Below, piece after piece: positions 53,989 through 64,000 of a stretch of 64,000 bases of DNA. This DNA comes from Trichosphaerium sp. ATCC 40318 (lineage: Eukaryota > Protista > Tubulinea). The DNA lies in contig JALMLS010000064.1 of NCBI GenBank assembly GCA_038496445.1, positions 62,001 to 126,000 on the forward strand, given 5' to 3'. The first letter of the stretch is position 1. Each line of letters starts with the position of its first letter. The position numbers and the translations under genes were made by a program. Below the pieces are notes generated by a model, which had not been told where the DNA came from, ran no database searches, and saw only the letters and a program-made list of their open reading frames with translations.

Positions 53989-55725
53989 ATGGGACAGTTA
54001 TTCGCAAAGATTATGAACAACAATAATCCGTCCACGGACATCTTCTTGGACTTCGAAAGTACGGTTTAATTTTAATGTTTCGCACTGCAACGCACTTTGT
54101 GCGCATCGGCTTGTTGTAAAAGCCTTTGCTACCACAAAATGGGTATATTCTAGCTGGTTGGGGCTCTATTGACTTTGATTTACCTCCAGAGGCCGAGCCA
54201 GAGTCCGAGGAGGAAAGACAAATATACGAGGCCGTTGCGGCCGTTTTAGACAAAGGTCCCGACATACTGGATCAATTGTTCGACTACACAGGGTGTGAGG
54301 AACACATTAGAAAGGTAATCGCGCAGTGCACCGTTTTTGGGCTTGCAGACACCTCGCGGTTTTCCAAAAATCCCACCTTTATTTATTACCGCGTCGTGTA
54401 GTTGTTTTGGTGGACACTTTGCAACTTTTTGGTGATACTGTATTTTGTAACTTTGCTCATAGGCAATCACTACCCCGTCCAAAGAGACTGAAAAAGCGGC
54501 ATGGGATGCAATTTTACCAGCCGTTGATCAATTACAGAAGTTCTACGAGTTTTCGTTGGAGTTAGGTGCGTCAGCGATCAACTAGCGTTTTTTATTGCTT
54601 ATTGTAAAGGCAAACACACAAGGAACCAAAAACAAAAAAAAAGAAAAAGATAAATTAAAACCAAAAAGATAGTTAGGCAAATTACGCCTTTAATTCATTC
54701 AACCACTAATTTGCGCTTAGAGGAATGTTTCCCTAAATTGTTGGTCGCCTTGTTTAAAGGCGTTGCACACTCAATTGACACGCAACAAGCCTTAGCCAAA
54801 CAATTGGCTGATGTATTTGATTTCGTTTTGCGATTCGATGATTCAAAGGTGCGTTTTTTTGGATTAAATTGTCTTCTAGCACACCATCTATAACAGAAAT
54901 TCCAGGAGTTTTATAATTTTTTTTTCGTGAATTGCTAGCAACATTATTTTTCGAGAATCAAAAAAAAAAAAACAAAAAAACCCAGGAAAAAGACTACGCG
55001 TGTGAACGATCATGTCATTAACATAAAATCTAGATGGTGAACCCTGCGATACAAAATGACTTCTCGTACTACCGTAGAACATTGAACAGAATCAAGCTTA
55101 CCACTGGTAACGCCAACATTAAGATCAGAGATGAACTCGCTAACAGAATGTCCCTCTTCTTTGCGTACCCAACACCAATGATGCGCTGTCTATCAGAAAC
55201 CACTGTTAAATTCTTGTCACAGGTAACTCGGATAGGTTTAAAGTTTATTGCACGACTCACGTTAATTAGAATTCTGTACCTCGCGATCACGTTACTCGGG
55301 GATTGGGTCTAATGGCCAACGTTTGCCAAGAGATGGTTGAGAGGAAAAAGTTTGCAAGCGCACAAACAAACATGTTTTGCCTTCGCGCAATGACTGGTTG
55401 TGTAATATTGGTTGATCACGTTAACATTCAAGGCGCTTTTTTCAAAAAATCCACCATCAATGCACGTGTTTTTTTGAGTCTAATAATTTATACTTGCCTT
55501 TTAATCCTTACTGGTTTGTGATGATCCTTGTCTTACCTCCATCTAGGTTAAATCGTGCATAATGGTTTTGAAGAACTTTACGGATAGCCCAACTGATGGT
55601 TTGTTGAACGCATTGCGTTTCACCACGATCCACCTTAATGACCCTGGTATGTTTTAATGTCAACTCAAAGTTTTGCTTACTCGGATGTAGACACGCCAAA
55701 CTCCATTAAACAGCTATTGGCTTAA
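53989..55725 (+). CDS. CYRI: CYRI/FAM49 Rac1-interacting protein
   Basis: MGQLF myristoylation-type start, DIFLDFE, FDDSKMVNPAIQNDFSYYRR and ANRMSLFFAYPTPM. Confidence 0.95.
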
Positions 55726-55866
55726 TCAAATTTACTGGCCTGATATAATACGGCGACTACATGTAATAGGCCGCGAAAATGCCGCTACAAAACTGTTGTA
55801 CAGCAAGGTCGAACTTTGTTTTATTGTAAACACTATTTATAAAATGAATGCGGAAAGCACCTTTTC

Positions 55867-58817
55867 TCACAAAAAATCCTTGACAAAAGTACTTCGGCGA
55901 ACACCATTTGTACATCCGTCTCTGTAGTGGAAAGTTACGCTCTCGTTCTTTTGTGTTTGCTTTTGAGATTGTGCCAGGGGTTGTGCCTTGGGCTGAATGA
56001 TGCGCCCAAAGAAATCTCGTTCTTGTTGAACCTTTATTTTTGGCGTTAGTTTGCACTTTTGATGGCTTTCTCCAAAGTCCTTACCTTTTTGTTTTGTGAT
56101 TTCTTCACTGGAGAAAGCTTGCTGGAAGTCTTGACCTTGTTCATCTAATCTCAAAGTTAGCAGTTGGAGGCGCTGTACCACTTGCCTCTTCAAACAAAAG
56201 TCGTCGCCACTGCTGTGAGAGCTGTTTTAAAAATGTTGTCTTGTCACTGTCAGCTGCAGAAACAGTATAATCCGCAAGGTTATCAACAGGTCTAAATGGA
56301 GTCAGTGTCTAGGTAGTGTACTTATAAGGTTGGTGTACGGTTGCAGCAAGTAAGAGGCATCTTGGGTATCTGTGCCGGGGTTGAATTGGTACTTGAGTCC
56401 GTATTGCTTGTGCACTTCAATTTGCCTATTGCGAGACGGTCATTGAGAGGGGGTGGTGTAATAAATACCAAATTCATGCAACACTGTCGTACCATTCTAA
56501 TCGGGCTTTTTCTTTGGCTGACATCAAGTAGACAGGTCGTACATCGGCTTCATTGAAGCGTGTTATTGCAAGCAAAAATGGAATAACTTGTGTTCCTGTT
56601 TCTCTTTTACTCGTAGATAGAACAAGCTCTGGCGTTATGCCGCTAAACATACTGTCAACAATGGGGTGCAGTGAAGTGGATGTGTATAAGGCGACATGAA
56701 AAAGGGATTGCGCAGGTTATTGTATTGCAAGACAATTCACGTACGCTGCAAAATCATCAATGACACACAGCGTTTCCTTTGTGCGCATTATCGATCTGTC
56801 TTCTGGCCATGATAGCTTGAAGTTGTCTTTAAACACGATATTCTTGTTGGTAGGTGCGAACAGGCAATGGTGCTTCATCGCCGTCAGTGACATGGCACCG
56901 TACTGTAGGCCATGCGCTTGGTGTTTGTAACTTGTAGTCTGCATCAGATCCGCCCAGGAATGCCAGTCAGAGGCTTCACTCAGTTTGACGAGGTCGTAGT
57001 CACGTTGTGCGAATTGAGGGTAGTGGTGGAAGACGCCACGCAAGTACGACTGCAGTGCCTTACCGTCCAATCGAGAGACAGATCGCCACAGTGTATTGAA
57101 AGGACTGAACTGGGCCAATTGTGAGGCGGCATGTTCATGTACAGCAAGACCAACTGTCACGTGGTTAGCAAGCACCCCGCTGGCAAGTTAAACAATCACA
57201 TATATGTTGACGTACGTTTTGCACGTTCTTGGTTTGTGCGTGCTATCTGCGCTTTGAGATGTTTGGATTTGTCCTCGTTGATTGCAAATGTATCTTGCCA
57301 CAGAGCAAAGGGGCTGGAGTCATGTTGTTGGCCTTGTTGTGATCCAAAACCAGCAATCAATGATCCAGTCATCACCTTCGTTGTGCGTGACAGAAGCTGT
57401 AATGTGTTGATAGAAGCGCGAATGTCATTCCGAGTCATTTCCAGGAGGCTAGTCATTGCGGAGTCATCGCACTTTAGGCCTTCAGCTTTGGCTATTGACA
57501 CCAGTCTGTTTTTGAGGACGCGTTTGTCTGGCGGTGGGAGGCGACATATCGACACTGTGTGGAAAGGGCCCTTGTACTTTCGCAGTGGGATCATTGTTGG
57601 AGCGTATAGGTTGTTACAAGTGCAAATGATAGGACGGTATACGCGATGGTACTTGCCTCTCTACAGTGCAAACGAGTCTCAGCATTTTGTTGTAACAACA
57701 TTTAGAAACAACATTGGGGAAAGTGAAATATAACCCTAGTGGGAGGTGTACCTTGTTCTTTTGTTCGCGTAAGAAATAAGCAATGGCAGATATCGTCGCC
57801 TAAACACAATCAATTACTCAGGAGTTTTATTGCAGTTGCGGATTGAGACATGGTGCAACCCCGTACCCTGTTAACAACGCCATCGAGTTCGTCTAGTATC
57901 AAGCATCTAGGTTTGTTTTCGCCTTGTACATTGTGTACAGAGACGACGTCCACCAGTTTGGGTATCAAAGCGCTCTTATATCGATCGTCACTTGCATTAA
58001 AGATAATGGGATCGAACCCAGCGTGTTTTGCCACCGTCACTGCCAGCGTGGTTTTTCCTACACCTGGAGATCCGGCCAAGATGGTCATCCGACAATCGGG
58101 CCTCTTTTTCAGTTTGTCTGTGGTGTGTTGATGATTCTCGGCGTAGTCTGCCCATTCCTTGAGCCAGCTCAATAGCTTTCGGTTTTCTACCTACGCCAAC
58201 AAAACAACGTCAGTACGTGTCCGAAAAAGAATAGCACGAAGCCCCTTTTGTACCTCCTTTGATATCAGCTGAAAATATTTGTTGGGCGAGTATTTGTCTA
58301 CCCATAGCTCAGTTGCTAGTTGTTGATTGTCGTCTGTCATTGTGTGATCGTTCTCATCCGACGTGCTTTTTGCTTTCGCGTTAACCATCATTTCCATAAA
58401 GCGCATTGGTGTTTTAAGGCTGCAACCAGCGTAATCGTCCTCCATGGTAGTGGCGTCATTGTCGTCTTCTAACTCCAAGTACACTCTGTGCGTAAATGAG
58501 CTAAAACATAGCCATTTGCTTGTATGTGCGTGAGGAGGCGGTTTTGGGAGGGACAGTATGTCAACCTTCAAATGCCATGTTAAACAAAAACGTGCCGTTG
58601 GCCATCAGGTGTAGTTACTGGTATGCGGTCACGAATTATGGGAGTCTTCTTACTCAGTTTGGTTGGCACCTTGCGTTTTTTTGTTGTGCGTTCGTCGTTT
58701 GGCGATTCTCGTCTTCTCTTCGACCTGCGGTGCGTACTGGTTTGTTCTAGGCGTAATTTATTTTAATTGCGTTACAAAACTTGTCTTACCGTCTTCATTG
58801 ACCTCCATAGGTTCCAT
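55867..58817 (-). CDS. CTF18: chromosome transmission fidelity protein 18 (alternative RFC large subunit)
   Basis: LWVDKYSP, GSPGVGKTTLA, NASDDR, LILDELDG, RPIICTCNNLYAP and C-terminal YRDGCTNGVRR. Confidence 0.95.
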
Positions 58818-59005
58818 GGTAGCGCCGAGTGGTGTACTACGTTTGTAAATGTTGATTTATGGCGGGCTTTTTTAAGTGACAACAATTGAAAAAAACATTT
58901 AAAAAACGTGTTGTTTACACGGACATTGTGCAAAGTCGGTAACACCACGCGATTTGACTGCGTGTTAATTGATTAAGTTTTCAGTTTAGTTTTTTTTAAT
59001 AATTA

Positions 59006-62000
59006 TTACTGTTTGGCGAGTGCAGCAAACAGAATATCGCGTATACCGGATGTTACAGTCGCATTGTTAGTTTTGATGGTGACACGCATTTTTTTAGCTG
59101 AAGGGTTTGTTTCTATGCGAATCATTGCAAGCACCTTAAGCGATTGCGTGTAGTAAGTTCCGGCTGCCACAATGTTGTTTACGTTCGGATCAACATTCTA
59201 AAATAATGTAAGCAATCGATCGATATACTATGATTAACATGGTTGTGGGCTGTAATTTAAAGTACCTGCAAAACACCAACGCGTAATCCAAGCGCCAGCA
59301 ACTTGGAGATACTGCCAATATTTATCGGATTGGCGACATCTATGATCTGTTGAAGTTCCATAGGCGCTCCAACAATCTTGCCCCAGTATGCGCTAAATGT
59401 AGGTGCGTCTGGTTGGCGTTAGAAGAGTGTAACATAGTCTGTCTAGTCAAGTACCGAGTTGTAAAGGCTCCATGAATTTTGTAACGATCATTGGGAGGGT
59501 GAACACTGCTGCACGAGGCACCATAGCGACGCTACGGACAGTATTAATTGCCTTTATATTTTTCTCAATGAGAAAAAAGAAAGAAAGTACCTGTAGCTGA
59601 TTTTAACAACAGGAAAGACATCTACGGATGGTGAAAGTGACATGGTCAATAGCATCAATCGACCTAATCAACAATCAATCTTTAGCAAACACCATTAAGC
59701 GTGTACTCTGTTCTCGAGGGTTTATTGTAGAAGGAGCTGATGTGTTCAAGTGCACTTGGAGATCTGGCAACAAAGTTAGAAGCGTGACAGGGCCATCATA
59801 ACAACCAAAAAAAACCGTACGAGGAAATGGAGGGATATCCACTTTGAACTGCTCAAACGGATTATCTGTCTTATTACCAAAGAACATGGTGACTTTGCCA
59901 TTGCCGCACTTGAACTCTGATTTCAAACCGACTTGCAATGCATCATCTTCATAAAGGACTATATCGCACAGATACTCGTTAATACTACAAACTATACTTA
60001 GCCGTATACATACCTCCCTCGTCTAGTAGACATAATTTTTTAAAACCAATCGATTGTTGTTGAATTGGTGACAGTGTTAGAACTGTTTTTGTTGGCGCTG
60101 TTGCCTTAGGCGAGACTGGCGCTGCTGCTGGTTGTGGTGCTGTAAACGGATTTGTTTGTTTCTTGGTCACACTAATTGATGCTAAAATACTGTCAAATTG
60201 GACTGTTATTTATACTATATATTTTAAACGTACGCTGAGATGTCTTTTTTTGCCTTGTCTTTGAGGATTTCTTGAGTGCAGGTTCCTTCTTCTTGTGTTC
60301 AACTGGCGGACTTCGAGCTGCTATGGTGGATACCCTCCGCGCAGCTGGACTTGGAGACGATCGCGCAGAGGTCGGTGGGGTACCGCTAAAAGAGCTCGTT
60401 TCTACAGCCAGAGACGGCTTTTGTTTTGTTATAAATTCCTAAAATACAAAAATGAGATAATCGACAGCAATCCAAATATTTTACCGCTAGATTTGCGTCA
60501 AGTGACAACATGTTTATGTATTCACAAGCACGTTGCTGAAGTTCTTGGTTGGTACTGGTAGAGGAGTGTTCGAAGACAGGCGTCAACTTTGGCGCCATAT
60601 TTGGATACTTCAACAAGTACTTTGCCAAAGCAGACAAAATAATACCACGAGTTCTGTGATCGTCAAACAGATAATATTTCGAAACGAGCACATCAATTTG
60701 GTGTTCAACACTGCAATGTAGTGCGTGAGTGCCATTTAAGAATAGATAAAAAAAAAAGACAAACAGACCTTGGACCATTGTTGATTTTGTGTTGGTACTC
60801 CCCGAGTATCTGTGCCGCCAAGTTCACTATTTTGACGTTTGCCAAAGGTGATTCAATATACTATTGTATTTAGTATGACACTGACTACAGTATGTACTGA
60901 AAAAAGAATAAAAAGAAACGTGCCTGCAACATCGACTGTGCAGCATAGCCTTGCACATCTGGAGAATTATTTATGTGGAAAGCGACACGATGCCATATCT
61001 CATCAGACACGATGTCACCTCCGCGATGAATGAGTTCTGTCATTGAATCGACATACCACGTGCCGTCCGACATGTACTTTTCAGCGAGGATGGACACCTT
61101 TAGTACCAAATCTTCTCTGACCTGGTTAAGTGCTGGTGTAAGCATTGTGAAGTGTCTTCGAGGATTTGTGTAACTCACCGTTTCGTCGACAGATGCAGAG
61201 GCACTGAGTGATGATAGATACTTGAGCAATTGTGCTACTATTGATTTGGCAGTATTTTGGTCACACATTTGGTACAACATGTTCAGTGCTTGTCTGCGAA
61301 TACTACGATCTGGTTCTGACAATGCGTTTGTGATAGTAGCTTGATGCTGTATAATCAAGGCTTCTGCGTTTTGGTATGTGCGTGCGAGTAGTGCCATGCC
61401 TGATAGCCCCAAGTATCGAATATTTGGGAGCGTGTCCGAGATAAAATCGCCTAGAAGTGTTGCGCACTCCTTCATCAAATTGTCGTCGCTGTACAAGGCA
61501 TCAATACCACACAATTGTTTCTTGCAATTGTTTTGTTTTTAATGAACATACCTTTGTAAGTGTGTGATGATGACAGTAATAGCTTCGAATAAAACTGCAT
61601 AATAAATATTCTTGTGATTGAGGCTCTTCATCTTTACAGTGACAGCACTCGCTACAATCTTAGCAAGCACTTGTCTCAACAGTTCAACGGTCTCTCCATC
61701 CTTAGGGCATGGCAATATTTGCAACAATTGCAACAGTTTGACTTGCAGCCAAGGTTCAGGTAATCGGTAGTAGACGTAATCATTTGTAAATTTACGTTGA
61801 AGTACAATCTGTGTCACATTAACATTTCAGCAAAAAAATTAAGGAGGGTGAAAATTAGAGTACGTTGGCCATTCTATCTACAACATATCGGAACCAGAGC
61901 TTTTTGAAAGGTTTTGGGTCGATTGTAACGATTTCTTTGACAAGCGACGTCAAAGTTGAGAGCACTGCTAGATTTTTTTGCCTTCTAGTGGTTAGCAACA

Positions 62001-62828
62001 CATCAAACAAATAAATGACTAGCGCACTTTGTAAATGGTCTGACAAGTTTTTTTGCCCACTCACTGACTGGTACGCCCTCTGCTGCACATCGTGCAAAAC
62101 CAAGTAGGCACATTGTGGCCTTTTTCTGAATAAGGGGAGGCGTTAACCTACTCTTATGTTATAATATGCTCCTTAGGTTGAAACAAAGAAATATGCAGTA
62201 CTCGTTGAAAACTTTGTGTTCTACAGTTGACATCAACGTGTCTAGACAAATTATTAGAATGCAGAATATAATCTCCACATGTCAAATCGACGTACTAGCC
62301 ATTTCTTTTCCACCAATGTTGCATATCGCAGCAAGTGCAAGACACTGATGGTGCTGAGCATCAGATGTCAAATCCTTTTGAAATGTGTTTATAACAAGAG
62401 GCACCATTGGATGGTTTTCATGCAAAACAACACCAAATGTAGTGTACCCCTTTGAGCAATCGTTATTTTACACGCTGTCAGATTTAGACTCGAATGGCGT
62501 ACAATCAATTTGTCCAAGTATTTAGGAGATGCCAGTAGCTGTAGAACTTCGTTGTACCCGAAGTCAGGTTCGTAACCGAGTAAATACATGAATAATATTT
62601 TACAGACATATTTTCGCCTATCATATGATCTTATTGGTTTGCTACCCTTCTGCGCCAAGAATTGCTTTTTTATATGTCCCAATTCTCTCTTAATACGCCG
62701 TTCTATCCCAACGCATGTTAATGTGGGTGTGGTACTTGATTTCATGTACCTTCATCGTCTTTGGTTGCGCAAGCGCGTATGTCAGCAATAAAAACTGCCA
62801 ACCCGCGCATGTACTGTTTCCCGTTCAT
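59006..62828 (-). CDS. AP2A: AP-2 complex subunit alpha
   Basis: MRGLAVFIADIR, YDRRKYVCKILFMYLLGY, PEPWLQVKLL, NIRYLGL, ELQQRACEY and ear domain DPNVNNIVAAG. Confidence 0.96.
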
Positions 62829-62988
62829 TTTGGCACCAAATTGCAGTGTAACCTACGTATTTATCATGCGTTAAATAGAATTAAAATAAATGTGACAATT
62901 TGCGAGGTTTTCGTTCCTGCAAAAAAAGTCAATCCTGTCAATAGTCAAGGAGCGGTTATTATCAGTAGAGCCGAGTGATCGTAGCGTG

Positions 62989-64000
62989 ATGGCCGGTTGG
63001 ATCACTGACGACCAACTCCAAGCCTTTACGAAAGATGAACTCTTTTCACATGCCAAACTACATATTAAAAGCTTGGAGGAAGGTGTAGTTCAAGACAAGT
63101 TCGATGAAGGTACATCTAGGCAATAGATTTAAAAAACAAAAAAAACAAGCGCGTAACTCGCCCGTAGAACAACTATTTCATGACCTGGAACAGCAGCTTC
63201 ACGCATCCCGCCAAGAAAACATTGCTTTGGCGAAAGCGCAAGCGGAAAATGCCAAAAAACTGGCTGAGCAAGGCAAGTACCACTGTTTAACCCCTACAAG
63301 CGTTAACAGAATCGCAGAAACGATAATAAATGCCAGTAAATTAACACATGAGGAAACGGCTGAAAAATTAAAACTGGCACAACAAACAAACAAAGCACTT
63401 GAATTGAAAGTAGCTGAGGTAGATCAACGATTACGTTCTAATCTGGCGTTCGTGGCTAACAAAGATAATGATATTGATAAACTACAAGGTGACGCGCAGA
63501 AGAAGCTCGTGTGGCTTTGTCTAGATACGTTATTCTGACATTTTTATTTTAGATCAAATCAAGCGAAGCCAAGCCGCTCAAGAGGCGATGTTGCAAGATA
63601 AATTAACATTGCGCAAGCAAGTAGTCAGCCTTGAGGAGTCATTGTTGTCTGCCAACATAGCAAAAATGACAGCAATGCAACAAAAGAACAAGTTGGAGAC
63701 AGATTGCAACACCCTAACCCTTGAGTTGACAAAAAAGACTGAAGAACTCAGTGTCATGAGACAAAAATCGGTACACTTTGGTGTGCTTGCGCAAATATAG
63801 AAAACTTACATATTGTCAAGGATGGTGAGATGGCCAAGCTGCAGCTTGAACTCAAGAACGAGACAGAAGAAAAAAAGAGAATTGAAAGCTTGTCCGAGAT
63901 GTTGAAGGGCAACCTTCAGTCCCACCACGAGCGTGTTCAACGCCTCACACTCCAACTCAAGGAATTGGGCGAAGACCGTGACGTAAACGAACAACACATG
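62989..64000 (+). CDS. long coiled-coil protein, possibly Tpr/NUA-like (runs off the window)
   Basis: MAGWITDDQLQAF...HIKSLE...EQLFHDLEQQL is reminiscent of the plant NUA N-terminus, followed by heptad repeats. Confidence 0.5.

Overview
This is gene-dense, intron-rich eukaryotic nuclear DNA, not prokaryotic, so the ORF track is fragmented by short spliceosomal introns (mostly about 37-110 nt, dominant donors GTACGT/GTGCGT). An amoebozoan protist is my inference from the gene content and splice signals. About 27 genes can be traced by hand, including a nitrilase, an NDK-like protein, an M6PR/ATG27-like receptor, apyrase CANT1, RPL10A, acetyl-CoA synthetase, NOL9, PPOX, V-ATPase B, a Byr4/Bfa1-like protein, RAE1, NAF1, a COMM-domain protein, KAE1, CYRI, CTF18 and AP-2 alpha. 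A nested transposon island of about 5.5 kb (42.9-48.4 kb) shows CpG decay. The best candidate for a new system is in intron 2 of RPL10A (uL1). It holds a near-exact mimic of the LSU rRNA L1-stalk (H77/H78), an in-frame stop, a second 5' splice site and a complementary 'anti-mimic' strand, which together suggest a protein-sensing two-state splicing switch. Other highlights are three U12-type introns, at least seven GC-AG introns, and a very large mitochondrion-targeted Hsp70-like/vWA locus. All gene models were traced manually and no database searches were run.
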